Positions 36,447 to 47,800 of a DNA stretch of 64,000 nucleotides are shown here, piece by piece. The stretch is from a virus (Duplodnaviria > Caudoviricetes). Each line of letters begins with the position of its first letter. Position 1 is the stretch's first letter. Location: the IMG/VR virus record IMGVR_UViG_3300033067_000628, positions 1 to 64,000 of that record. One strand, 5' to 3'. The translations under genes were made by a program, and so were the position numbers. The notes beneath the pieces are model-generated. The model was not told the origin of the DNA, searched no databases, and worked only from the letters and a program-made list of their open reading frames with translations.

Positions 36447-36545
36447 TTAAATCTCTAATGTTGCACCTCTTAAGATCTTACTAAGATCTGATAAAGGTAA
36501 AATTTGCTTACAGTGAGTACAGGATTTTAAAGCTAAGTCACGCAT
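36447..36545 (-). pseudogene. 32-codon micro-ORF resembling the CxxC N-terminus of an HNH/EndoVII-type homing endonuclease (probable relic)
   Basis: Hand translation gives MRDLALKSCTHCKQILPLSDLSKILRGATLEI*. It begins 3 nt after the gp25-like stop. A tandem AGATCTTA repeat lies where similarity ends. Confidence 0.45.
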
Positions 36546-36548
36546 CTA

Positions 36549-36995
36549 TTAGCCTCCTAATAGTCTAGGCTCACCCTCAGCATAAGGAAATACGTAGGTT
36601 AAAACCTCGGGTCTGGGGTCTGGATCTAGCAAATTTCCGCTTGTAGAAAGGAAGTCTCCGCCTACGACAGCAAAGACACCTGCGTCATTTGGACTCATTG
36701 GAATGACATGGACATTGATGTCTGATCTATGCATTACGAATCTCGTAACATTATCCAGGACAGTATGTTCCATCGCTATCTGTGTAGCTTCATCGTTTTG
36801 CTTTCCAATGAAAGCTCCAAGATCACAGCCTACTCTTTTGTCAGGAGCATATTCGCCCTTATCGGTCCTGATCAAAAAATTGATAGCTGCCTTATGTGAC
36901 TCATAGCTATTGCCTATCTTGATATCTCCCTTGGCATCTACTTGGATATCACCTGAGAAATTAGTATAGATATCTTGTGCAATGTATATACTCAT
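36549..36995 (-). CDS. gp25-like baseplate wedge subunit (sheath initiator)
   Basis: GDIKIG...INFLIRTDKGEY...GCDLGAFIGKQND, 148 aa, located between the spike candidate and baseplate J. AAGGAG SD at 37001-37006. Confidence 0.8.
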   Translation of the reverse strand: MSIYIAQDIYTNFSGDIQVDAKGDIKIGNSYESHKAAINFLIRTDKGEYAPDKRVGCDLGAFIGKQNDEATQIAMEHTVLDNVTRFVMHRSDINVHVIPMSPNDAGVFAVVGGDFLSTSGNLLDPDPRPEVLTYVFPYAEGEPRLLGG

Positions 36996-36997
36996 AG

Positions 36998-38122
36998 TTA
37001 CTCCTTGAATAGGAAGTCGCTAGTTTTTTGACGATCGACTATATTGGTTGTGTTCTTATAGATGTAAGTGTACTTAGAGCTGTCGTGCTTAAACAAGAAG
37101 CCCGCTATTCCTATTAGAGCACCAATGTAATTGATATCTACAAGGATCCTAGGACCAGCTAGGACTGAGCTATTCCAGTCCGGGTGTGGATGGAAGGAAG
37201 AAGATGGATAAGCTGGATTGGCATTTCTAGCATAGCCATCTAAAGTAGATTTCCTAATCGTACCATCTTGTATGGTACTAGCTGTATTGGTAAATCTATC
37301 GTTTCCTATTTGGGCAGCAGGTGTCTGTCTTGTATCCCCTTGTGGAATGAATGACATAACACCATCCTGATTTACTAGATTACTTTCAAGTGGTAGTATA
37401 TCAGCCGTAGCTCTTGAGTCTGTACCATATCTGTCCCTAGAGGTTGGGTCATAAGGAGCAAAGAGATTGTCTAGAGCTGCTTTGGATTCAGCCAAGACGG
37501 GGCGCTTAGGATTGCCTATATCTTTACTACGCTGCTGTATGGAAGAAGTCTTAACAAGCTCAGGGTGAGAAGCTGGAAGCTTGTGAGGAGCATTAGGCAA
37601 AGGTACAGATCTAACACGTACAGATCCTGCTAGTGCAGAGTATTCTTGGGTTAAGATGTGAGTAGAAGGATCGTTAAGATGCTTTTCTTTGAACAGAGAT
37701 ATACCAGATCTGCCAACAAAGAATTCATATGGCTCAGCTAGGGCTACGTTAGCAGCCAAGGTATCAGCTATAACAGATATCCTCTTAGATATATTCTCAA
37801 AGCTATTATTCTGAATGCCATTTATATTAGACCAGACATTGCCATACTCTAATAGGAAGGCATGCATCTTGGCTATACCTTCTTCTCTTGATAAGAGTAT
37901 TCTAAAGGTACCAGCATTATGAAGTGTGCAGATCCCAGTAGCCGGATCCCAGTCTACTGTATCACCAATGTTTTTACTAAGCTGTCCTAAGATCTTATCC
38001 CTAAGACCTGGATGGAAGATATTGTCGAGTATGTCCTTAGGCAATGGTGACCATACGACAACTCCTAGGTTGTCATACCTACGAGCGGGATTACCTTGGT
38101 TTTGTTGTGATACGGGTTTCAT
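36998..38122 (-). CDS. Candidate central spike (gpV/gp5-position) protein
   Basis: Syntenic position between hub and gp25-like. It has an HxH (FHPHP) motif near the C-terminus. No clear family motif was recognised. Confidence 0.35.
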   Translation of the reverse strand: MKPVSQQNQGNPARRYDNLGVVVWSPLPKDILDNIFHPGLRDKILGQLSKNIGDTVDWDPATGICTLHNAGTFRILLSREEGIAKMHAFLLEYGNVWSNINGIQNNSFENISKRISVIADTLAANVALAEPYEFFVGRSGISLFKEKHLNDPSTHILTQEYSALAGSVRVRSVPLPNAPHKLPASHPELVKTSSIQQRSKDIGNPKRPVLAESKAALDNLFAPYDPTSRDRYGTDSRATADILPLESNLVNQDGVMSFIPQGDTRQTPAAQIGNDRFTNTASTIQDGTIRKSTLDGYARNANPAYPSSSFHPHPDWNSSVLAGPRILVDINYIGALIGIAGFLFKHDSSKYTYIYKNTTNIVDRQKTSDFLFKE

Positions 38123-41100
38123 TATTTCTTATCTATCCCCAAAGAGCGTAGGGCTGTTTGTTGTGCTATCGGGCTCTTGTCACCGAAGATACCAGCAATA
38201 TAATTAGTCCAGTTATCTATACCAGTAATTAGATCTTGGTATCCCCATTGTATTTTAGAGGTTAAAGACCAATAAGAATTTTCCTGCCCATTGAGTCCTG
38301 CTTCAAAAGGGACACCTTTAAACATCAAAGGACTAATAAGAACCGGAGTCGTAAGATCTGCTACACCAGCATTCATATAGAAGTACCTAGTAAAGGCACC
38401 AGCTGCTATATCTGCAGTCTGGGTATACTGGAATGCTTTGAATGTAGTAAAGCCGTTAGTAGCCAAGATCTGACCAAGGGTACGAAGCTTAGCAGTAGTA
38501 AGCTGTTCTGTTGCTAACTTCTGGGCAAGTTTCTCGCCTATCTTTGTTTGAACACCCTTAGATACGAATGGCAGAATACTACGCTCTAAGGCAAACTGAC
38601 CAGCCTTACCAGCAGCAGCACCAGCAAGACTAAAGGAAGCACCAAGTGTTGGTATAGCTGTCATAACAACAAGGCCCCACAGTGTGTAGTCTATTATAGA
38701 ATAGATCTTGTCCATTCTATTATTAAACACAGCCACCTGCATCATAGAGTTGCCCGGGTTAGCATGGCACAGAGCATGAGGTATAATGTTAGTTACCCAC
38801 CCGGCGCTTACGCTATAGTGATGTACAACATTCTCAACCTCAATAGGGCCATTCATGTCAATATACTTATCATCAAGATAGATAACGTCCCATGGCTTGA
38901 TAGCTCTACCTGTAAGCAAGATGTTATTACGATACATAGGACGTATCTGCTTAGCCATTATATTTGTAGCAACCTTAGCAGCTTGATCTCTACGTCTAAC
39001 GTTCAAGTCAGTATGGACATACATCTTCTTATTCTCAAGAGAGATATGTTCATTAAACTGGAAGCCCATGTGGTCTGTCTCTTGCTTAGTAGGGAAGATA
39101 GTCCACTCAACATCTTCTACTACACTCTCATCATAGTCTCCTTGGAATAAGCCGACCTTATACCAGGTATCATTATCAGTAGTAATAGAAGCTGGGTATC
39201 TAACCAAAATAGTATTGCTCATCTCACGGACTGATGCACCTATATTGTTCTTAATGATATCGACACCACTAGAGATATAATGATAATCCCTAAATGGTTT
39301 CATATTAAGAGCTGGTGGGAATTGACCAAAGCCACTATTCTTAATATCGCTAATACGATCCTTAACATTGATATCAATAGCAGAAGCCTGAATGTACTCT
39401 CTGAAGAAGTGCACATATGCTCTGAAGTATACCAATGAATCTATTATATAGTTGACAATATCGTCCTTCAAGAAGAATGATATGTTATGTATATCAAGGT
39501 GTAGCCTATTAGCCATTGCCTGGAAGATAGGATCGAAGACAGTTTGAATATTGACTGCATCGCCAACAGATGATATAGACTTAGATATAGAACCTAAGTT
39601 AAACTTAGCTTGATTAAGCAGGAAGTTAAATCCATCTCTAGTCTTAAGCTTAGCAACAATCTCTTCTTGAGTCTTGCCAAGCTGTGCCAGTATAGATGGA
39701 TACGCAGCAACTGCTTCAGTTAGTGCAGCAATAAAACGATCTGCCTTATTACGTTGCTCAAAGTTTAAACCACCTTGGAAGGTAAGGCCTTCAAAGAATT
39801 CTGACACATCATCTATAAAGCTAGACTTCTGTGTAAAGCCTACAGAGGTTAGCGTTGTAACTGGTTCATATGTATTGAATACCATATCAGCTACAAGCCC
39901 ATCATTTAGATTATCTAGTAAAGACTTAGCGGCAGTAGAATCTATATTGGCTCTAGTAAAGATCTCATTACCACGATCGACATTGTCTAATGGTGTAATG
40001 CTTTCAATGAGAGATATTCTAAACTTATTAAGCTCTTGATTAGGCAATGGGCCTGTTATTGTATCTATAGTATCCATCAAAGGAGAGAAGTTCTTAGATA
40101 GATAGTCTGTAGAGAACCCATAGAACGAGGCTATCATTAGATAAGCAGCCTTGTCTTTATTACCTAAGACATTGGATATGTAATCCATATCGTCTTTAAA
40201 TGACCTAGCGTAGTTGGCTTTAATAGCCACCGCACCACCAACTCCTTCTGTAATAGAAGCATAGCTACTGGTATTTACATTTGGATGCACAAGAAGCTTG
40301 TACCCTAGATAAGAGAATCCTTCAGGATCGATTGTAACTAAATTGCCAGCCTTCTTATTTTTGACAATCAATGGCTGAGTTATAAAGTCTTGATCTTTTG
40401 AAACTGTAACTATATTAGGGTCACCAAGAATCAAGTCCATAGAGTTATTACCAAAGTAATAACTAGAAACGAAACCATCAAAGACCCTTTGGAAATCTTC
40501 TACGACTTCCTTCTCTTCTTTTGCTAGGACTTTTCTATACTCATAGTTTCTCTTAGGAGATCCTTTAGTGAAGTAATACAACTGGTCAGGCTTCCCATAG
40601 AATAAAGTAGCTTCACCGTCATAAGGAACTACTTGACATATATAGTCCCATGTGTAGTTTGTTGTATTGGCTAACAGATCCCAAGCTGGCTGTAGCGGTA
40701 TTACCCAGCTACGAGCTTCCCATCCTGTAGTGTCAACATCTGCTATTGGATTGAACCGTGACTTGTTAACATCGGGTACCCATATATTCTTTAGACGTAA
40801 GTCAACACCAGCTTTACGGTTACCTAAGAAGTTCCAAGTACCAGCTAGTGTCAAACCTTCACCACCAGCATAACCAGATTCACCACCGAGTGTACCGTAT
40901 TGGTTCTGTATAGACTTAGTAAGTGCACCGTCTAGTGCAACGTTTGCAGATACCTTTAGGAGCTCATTAGTTTCTTCTTGTGATAGTACCTGTCCCATAC
41001 CGGCAGGATTGGCATCACGTATAGTTCTAACTACCAAGTCTTTGACAGAGCTATTCTCTATGCTGCGTAGTTCAAATGATACTTGTTTACCAAGTAGCTC

Positions 41101-44100
41101 TGCCTTCCAGCCTTGTGCTACAACAGTCACAACATCACCATAGATGACTTCAGCCACACGACCAGTAAAGACAATGTCAAGGTTCTCAGCATCAGCAGAA
41201 TAGCCTGCACGTATCTGAATCTTCCTACCTTGCTTTAGCTCTAGTCTAGACAAGAAGTTATTAGAGGTAAGATCATCACCAGAGTTTGGAAGCACTAAGC
41301 CATTAACTTGGCCTTTATTCCAGCTAATCTTGTCACTGAAAGAAGAAGCCTGTAGAAGCTGTAGCGGATCAGCTATTCTAATAGTAGCTAAGTCAGCATC
41401 GTTTTTGTCAGACATAATGTCAATAGACTCTATAGCATTATAGCCATAGAAGTTATCTCTGACAAATATTCTATCTCCAGAGTTATACTCTATTAGATAT
41501 AGCTTAAAGACAGGGAATGCTCTAATCATATCATGACGAAGGTCAGACAAGCTCTGTGTAATCTTCAGCATAGTATTCTGAGATTCACCATATACAGAGT
41601 TAGATATTGTGACACCATCATCAAGACCAGCAGCGGCTTTAGTGATAGCATCTGTCATTACCTGGTCCCAAGTCTTACCAGATATTTGTGCAGACAGATT
41701 GATTGCTGTTCTAAATACAGCGCCACCTTGCAGTCCGTGGTTTCTCTTATAGGTAGCAACCTCTTTACCAAGGTGAGTAGTCTGAAAGATAGGAGTATTA
41801 AATGACAGGGTATCAAGTCCATATGCATAAGATAGGAACTTAGTCTTCTCAGATCCATTACGCTTTAGTATTTGGACGAGCTCTGTGTCACTCATCTCAT
41901 TGTATATACCATTAGAGTAAGTCTTCTTAGCTTGCCTAAAGGCAGCTATGCTAAGGTCCTCACCTGCTTTACGAACAACTTCATTATTGAATACAGTGTT
42001 GTTACGTATATAGCTAGGCATGCGTTCTATAATAGAAGCAAGAGTAAGCTGGTCTATTTTCTTGATAGACTCTACTGTCTTCTCTGTTACTTCATACTGA
42101 CCAGAAGAATTTAATTCAGTAACTCTAGACTTAAGCTCACCATTAAGTCTACCAGCTTCTGTAACTAAATATTCTACGTCATACGGTATATTGATAGTAA
42201 CACTATCAAGCTGTGCAAACCATTCACTATACTCTTTACTTAGGTTGTTTCTAAGGTCTTCCAGTTCTCGCTCTCTATAGAAGAAGACAGCAGGAGATAC
42301 AGGGGAGTTGGCCTTAGTGATTAACTCTAGCTGTGCACGTTGTACGTTATTATCCTTGAGAGATTCAGTAGGATCGTTAGAGTAGTCAGCAATATTAGGA
42401 TTGATTATACCATAGTCATGATAGGTATAGGCAAACAACTTCCAGTAGTCATCAGGGAAGTTAGGCTCTACAAGATCGAACAGCTCTTCGTATGTGATAT
42501 AGATAAAGTCAGGATAGCAAGTGGCTCTCTTCTTAGTTGTAGTAAGAGTGCCATCAGGTCCATAGGTAAGGGTATCGTCATTAGATCGACTCTTATCCAA
42601 GGCGCTGTTAGCATCCTTATTGATAATATCACCCTTGATTTCGATAGCACGTTCTAATGCATCAAAGGCATTAGCAACACTAAGTCTGCTATAGAGATAA
42701 TCAGTTACTGGAACCTTACGCTTGTTTACTATAGTAGCAAATAAATGCTCAGCATATAGATTCTTTAATGTTACATCTCCATTGATTAGTTTATTATGGA
42801 GAATAACATATAGGTCTCCTCTACTGAATTTGTTTGTAATCTTTTTGAATAGACCAAAGATTTGTTTCTTTTGTTCTTCGGTTACATTAGAGGAGAATAC
42901 TAGCATGCTGTTCATTAGCGCACCAGCTGTCTCATCATCTAATGTCATACCATTAAAAGTCTCTGAGTCTGCAACACCTAGTGAGACCAACTCTTTGAGT
43001 ATATCTAAACCTACAGAACCAAGCTGATCCAATGTAGGACCTATACCGATATTGGCAGACTGTACCTTACCACTAATAACCTTATCTTCAAGTATAGCCT
43101 TTAGGAACCTAGTAGCTACACCAAGCGGGTCTTCTACGAATGTACCTGTAGAGTCAGCACGTCCACCTTTAGAGTAGACATCTGGCTCTAGCAAAGCAGC
43201 GATCATTGTATCAGGATTGAGTATACTGAACTGCTCATCATCAGCACCTTCACCATAAAATACAAACTGTGAATAGAAGTCATCTTTATTCTTTGAGTTC
43301 TCAAACAGAGAAGCAAAGAAATCATGAGCAATAGTAACAGTAAGGCCATTGCTTAAGATAACAAACCCATAGTCAGTAAAGAAGTTCGGAGAAGTTTCTG
43401 CAAAGTTGATAGTAACATCTCTACCATTCGGTATCTCAGATACAGTAGAAGTTACAAAGCTCAACGGATAGAATAGCTTACCGCTATTAGATATCTTCTG
43501 ATCTATAGATAGATTATACTCTTGATCATTAAATAGATCTGTAACAATAGATCTTAGCTTCCATCCATTGAATCGTGTAGACCTATCTGATGCTCTGACA
43601 AAGAAGTCAGCAGCAGACTTATAGGTATTGATATCACGGAACATTTCAAGGTCATTAGTACGCAAGCTGATAGTTGCATTACCAGAAGACACGCCCATGT
43701 GCTGGGCAGTAGGATAAGACTCTCCCTGAAGACGCTTGAAAGAGAACTTGTTCCTAATAGAATATGACAACTGAGTTACAGAAGTGCCAGTACGGTCATC
43801 TTTAAAGATATCATTTTTAGGATTAAGGTTTAAGTCTACTAGCTTTTCATAAGCAACAAAGTACTTAAGCTGTAAGTCATCACCTTTAAATGACAAGGTC
43901 ACATCTGGTGTAACAAAGAAGTCTCTATAGTATCTATCCATGTACATAGTAATAGCTCTATTAAGCCAGAAAGCACGACGTGCATCCGGTGTAGCAGTGT
44001 TCTTAATAGATCTATACTGTAGAGAATTTCGTAGATAGTTTGAAACACTAATGCGCTTAAGTGTCAAGACTACTATTACAGAGTTAATAAAATCTGGATG

Positions 44101-44895
44101 GCTAGATGCTTGTATGCCAACGAAAGCAACAGGAACGTGGCCTGTATTGTCATAGTTCTTTATACCATCAGCTAAAGTAGCTTCAGTAGCAAGTCTAGAA
44201 TCTAAGTTGGCAACATCAGAAGTTTGAATAGCTAGCTTACGTGCTAAGTTAGCTTGCCATTCGTCATAGGTACTTTCTTTAATATCAGCTCCATAAGACT
44301 TAGCTAAGTTAAAGTCTTCAGGACCAATTGGACCAACGCCACCAATGACTTCACGTATCTCTTGGTTGGCTTGAGCTATAATAGATTCATTAGCAACTCG
44401 TATAGACTTTTCAATCAAAGCCTTATCAGGAGACTTAGCATTGTTCTCTGTGAACTTATTATACAGAGCATCATTAATTACATTATTCTGAACAGATGTA
44501 ATAGGAGATACTCTAAAGAGCGCTATTAAAGGGAGCAGACCTTTCTTGATATGCTCAGTGCCACTGAATAGCATTGTGACTTGTATGTCAGCATAACCAG
44601 TACCATCATCGGTCAAGAAGTCTGTACTTGTTCTAGCACCTTGTACGGCTATGACAGCCTTACTTTCAAGTATCTTAATGTCCTGTACTTCACCACCGTA
44701 TATGTGAGGACCTATCTTAAACTTAGTAGACTCAGTAGACTTAGAAGTATAGATATGTCTATTATACTTCCTAATGAGAGACTCTTCATCAAGACCAGAT
44801 ACAGTATTAGCGTTATCACTCTTTGGGTTCCAAAGGTAATTAACGAATGATGTTACATCTACATCAGATGTATCGTCAGTATATTCTAGAGTCAT
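38122..44895 (-). CDS. Giant baseplate hub protein
   Basis: Hub-like segments LKQGRKIQIRAGYSADAENLDIVFTGRV...VVAQGWKAEL and GRAIKPWDVIYLDD...IEVENVVHHYSVSAGWVT (gp27/gpD-like). It follows the tape-measure locus. Confidence 0.7.
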   Translation of the reverse strand: MTLEYTDDTSDVDVTSFVNYLWNPKSDNANTVSGLDEESLIRKYNRHIYTSKSTESTKFKIGPHIYGGEVQDIKILESKAVIAVQGARTSTDFLTDDGTGYADIQVTMLFSGTEHIKKGLLPLIALFRVSPITSVQNNVINDALYNKFTENNAKSPDKALIEKSIRVANESIIAQANQEIREVIGGVGPIGPEDFNLAKSYGADIKESTYDEWQANLARKLAIQTSDVANLDSRLATEATLADGIKNYDNTGHVPVAFVGIQASSHPDFINSVIVVLTLKRISVSNYLRNSLQYRSIKNTATPDARRAFWLNRAITMYMDRYYRDFFVTPDVTLSFKGDDLQLKYFVAYEKLVDLNLNPKNDIFKDDRTGTSVTQLSYSIRNKFSFKRLQGESYPTAQHMGVSSGNATISLRTNDLEMFRDINTYKSAADFFVRASDRSTRFNGWKLRSIVTDLFNDQEYNLSIDQKISNSGKLFYPLSFVTSTVSEIPNGRDVTINFAETSPNFFTDYGFVILSNGLTVTIAHDFFASLFENSKNKDDFYSQFVFYGEGADDEQFSILNPDTMIAALLEPDVYSKGGRADSTGTFVEDPLGVATRFLKAILEDKVISGKVQSANIGIGPTLDQLGSVGLDILKELVSLGVADSETFNGMTLDDETAGALMNSMLVFSSNVTEEQKKQIFGLFKKITNKFSRGDLYVILHNKLINGDVTLKNLYAEHLFATIVNKRKVPVTDYLYSRLSVANAFDALERAIEIKGDIINKDANSALDKSRSNDDTLTYGPDGTLTTTKKRATCYPDFIYITYEELFDLVEPNFPDDYWKLFAYTYHDYGIINPNIADYSNDPTESLKDNNVQRAQLELITKANSPVSPAVFFYRERELEDLRNNLSKEYSEWFAQLDSVTINIPYDVEYLVTEAGRLNGELKSRVTELNSSGQYEVTEKTVESIKKIDQLTLASIIERMPSYIRNNTVFNNEVVRKAGEDLSIAAFRQAKKTYSNGIYNEMSDTELVQILKRNGSEKTKFLSYAYGLDTLSFNTPIFQTTHLGKEVATYKRNHGLQGGAVFRTAINLSAQISGKTWDQVMTDAITKAAAGLDDGVTISNSVYGESQNTMLKITQSLSDLRHDMIRAFPVFKLYLIEYNSGDRIFVRDNFYGYNAIESIDIMSDKNDADLATIRIADPLQLLQASSFSDKISWNKGQVNGLVLPNSGDDLTSNNFLSRLELKQGRKIQIRAGYSADAENLDIVFTGRVAEVIYGDVVTVVAQGWKAELLGKQVSFELRSIENSSVKDLVVRTIRDANPAGMGQVLSQEETNELLKVSANVALDGALTKSIQNQYGTLGGESGYAGGEGLTLAGTWNFLGNRKAGVDLRLKNIWVPDVNKSRFNPIADVDTTGWEARSWVIPLQPAWDLLANTTNYTWDYICQVVPYDGEATLFYGKPDQLYYFTKGSPKRNYEYRKVLAKEEKEVVEDFQRVFDGFVSSYYFGNNSMDLILGDPNIVTVSKDQDFITQPLIVKNKKAGNLVTIDPEGFSYLGYKLLVHPNVNTSSYASITEGVGGAVAIKANYARSFKDDMDYISNVLGNKDKAAYLMIASFYGFSTDYLSKNFSPLMDTIDTITGPLPNQELNKFRISLIESITPLDNVDRGNEIFTRANIDSTAAKSLLDNLNDGLVADMVFNTYEPVTTLTSVGFTQKSSFIDDVSEFFEGLTFQGGLNFEQRNKADRFIAALTEAVAAYPSILAQLGKTQEEIVAKLKTRDGFNFLLNQAKFNLGSISKSISSVGDAVNIQTVFDPIFQAMANRLHLDIHNISFFLKDDIVNYIIDSLVYFRAYVHFFREYIQASAIDINVKDRISDIKNSGFGQFPPALNMKPFRDYHYISSGVDIIKNNIGASVREMSNTILVRYPASITTDNDTWYKVGLFQGDYDESVVEDVEWTIFPTKQETDHMGFQFNEHISLENKKMYVHTDLNVRRRDQAAKVATNIMAKQIRPMYRNNILLTGRAIKPWDVIYLDDKYIDMNGPIEVENVVHHYSVSAGWVTNIIPHALCHANPGNSMMQVAVFNNRMDKIYSIIDYTLWGLVVMTAIPTLGASFSLAGAAAGKAGQFALERSILPFVSKGVQTKIGEKLAQKLATEQLTTAKLRTLGQILATNGFTTFKAFQYTQTADIAAGAFTRYFYMNAGVADLTTPVLISPLMFKGVPFEAGLNGQENSYWSLTSKIQWGYQDLITGIDNWTNYIAGIFGDKSPIAQQTALRSLGIDKK

Positions 44896-47800
44896 TAGTA
44901 TAGGTCTCCCATGTCTGGGTGTGTAAAGTCACTGTTCTCATATGCGCTAGCTAGTCGATCTTGGACCCAGCCATTTCTATAAGTCCTGTCGTCCTGGATA
45001 GTTATACTACCATAGTTAGGAGCATAGACAGATGTAGCTATTTCATCACGGATGTCTTGGGTATTGACAGAAGCATAGCTTGCATTAGTTTGAGTATAGC
45101 TTGCACCTGGAGAGGCAACCCGAACAGTAGGAGGCCTCATGTTAATAGGATTGATATACGAGTTGTCATTCTCCTGAGTAACCATAGGCTCAGGAGGCAA
45201 CGTAGTAGATCTCATTCTAAAGGCATTAGAAGACTTAAGTGATGGCCTGTCTAGTTCATCAGAAGTGAACATACTAGACAAGGCACGTAAGCCTACTACA
45301 GCAGCACCAACACCAGCTACTAGTTTCCAATTCTTCTTAAACCACTGCTTTGACTTGCCAGCTACTTCACTAGTAACTTCAGCAGCTTTACCTTCTACTT
45401 GAGCAGCCTTAGCCTTAACAGCTTCGTTAGCTTTAGCAATCTGGTCTTGCATAGAAACCCGGCTATCTCCCTTAAGGAGCTTAGCAGGATCAATACCTTC
45501 ATGCTGGAACATCTCAGTTATCTTCTCTAGGTCACCAGGACCAGAGGTAGCTCTACGGTAGATATCAGGGAACGAGCTAGCATTCTTTAAGCCTTCAGGT
45601 GTAAAGATAGAAGCTCTCATGTGTGCCATAGCACCATAGATACGACCCACCTGTTGGCTCATTGTTTCGATAGCTTGTTCTGGTGTAGCTACTTTAGGAC
45701 CATAGTAACGCAGCTTACCAACTTCATTCATCTTAGTGAAGAATCTTCTAGCAGAGCTAGTGGCTTCTTCAACTGCCATCTCTGGCGTATAGGCATCACC
45801 AAGCTTATCAATTTGTTGCTTGACTCTATAGCCTACACCAAGGTAGTCTTTAACTAGCATCTCAGCTAAGTCACCACCCTTTTGAATTGGTGCTTGCAGG
45901 ATGTTATGTTGGAATAGGGATACGTTACGCATCAATACTTTCTTATCGATGCCACCATCTGATAAGATTTTTTGATACTTAAGTATGTCACTCTCTGTGA
46001 AGGATTGCCCAATAGGGCGCTTCTTAAAGTTACCTTTGTTCTTTAATAGCTTGTTGAGATTATCAGCTATAGTCTTAGGATGAGCATCAGACATTAGCTC
46101 ATGAGAGAAGCCGAAGGTAGGATACTCAACCATGTAAGACACAGCAGGAATCTTACCGAAGCTAAAGAACTTCATGGCATATTCCATCGTGTTCTGATGA
46201 GATAGCTTCTGCTCTTTCATGAAGTCAGTAAGCAACATATCCTTGCCACTCTTCTCAGCAGCAGCCTGTAGCTCTTTTTGGTAAGACTGATATTCTGCAG
46301 AAGCACCTTTTATTTGTGCTTGGAAGAACTCATGCATAGCAGCATCATCTGCTTCACCATACTTCTTAGGATCCATCATTAGTTCGATAGTATCCTTGTC
46401 GTTGTCTCTATGCATTCTCCATGTCAAGAAAGAGCCAACCAAAGCACGGGGTTCATGCAGAGCATTAATGCCAGTCTTGGTTACTTGATCTTCTGCCATT
46501 GGATCAAACACCATCTTAACAACGTTAACGTGACCACCACCGTGTGTAGGGTTAGGGTATGCTACGCCCCAGATAGGCTCACCAGCTAAGAACTTGTCAA
46601 GTGTTTCTTGTGCAGCCTTCTCAGTATAGCCAGATCTATTAGGCATCTTAGAGAAAGCTTGTCTAGCCATATTCTCGGATATACCAACAGTGAAGTCCTT
46701 CTCAGTCAAGTTAGATGCAGACTCCATAGCTTCTGATACAGTCATACCTTTAGGCATTGGTCTGACTCTCATGCCACCAGGCATTGAAGCTGAAGATAAA
46801 ACGTTCTTCTTAAGGAAGCCTCCGCTCTTACCAGTTCTAGCGTACTCTCTATATACACCTTGAACATATTGTTCTAGTGTACCTTTAACTGTACCCTTTT
46901 CACCAGGCTCATTACCAAGTGCAGATATAGCACCTAGTGTCTTGTACTCTAACGTATCAGAGCCTATACTCTTAGGAAGACCTGGAGTTAGATTCTGTAA
47001 TGAAGGTGCAAAGTTTTTACCAATAGCCGGGACTGGAAGATATTTAACCTTAGCAGCATTCTCTGGCATGCCTGGTTCTTTAACCTTACCAAGCAATGGA
47101 ACATGGACCTCTTCACCAAGGTCTATATAGAATCCCTTTTGCAGATGTTGAGGACGATTACGTGAGCTGAATAGTTTACTATTGCTAAGCTGTTCTTCTA
47201 AGAAAGTACCTCTAGTTAAGTCCATTGAAGTGGACAGATCGCCAAAGGTTTCCATTGCTTCTTTACGAGACAAGACAGGAAGGCCTGTAGCCTTAACGGC
47301 ATCATCTCCAAGTAGAGGAGCAGTGATCATCCTGAAGTGACTATCTTTAGCAACACTCAAAGAGTTACTAGTAATGAATCCAGTATCAAAGAAGTCTTTA
47401 TCAATATTGAAGCCAGTCTTATTCTGCCACCAGCTAGCCATACGCATAAAGATAGGATTGTCCTTTGGCTTGATACCAGTCAACGACTCCATACCAGATC
47501 CATATCTCTTGATAAGGTCTAGTCTTACACGGAAGGCGTTTTGTTGCCGCATGATATCGTCTGTTTCAGCAGCACGTTCCCATAGAGAATCTATAAAGGT
47601 TCTAGCACCAGGAGTGATACCAGAATCAGAATAGCCTAATAGGCTAGCCATACCTTTCTCAGAAGGACTATCAGTTGTGTATCCCTTAATCTGTCTGCTA
47701 GTGAAGCCCATCTTTTTAAGAGCTACATCACTAACCTTTTCAAACTCTGGTATGAAGTCCATATCTTCATACGGAGTATTTGGTATTAGATACTCTAACC

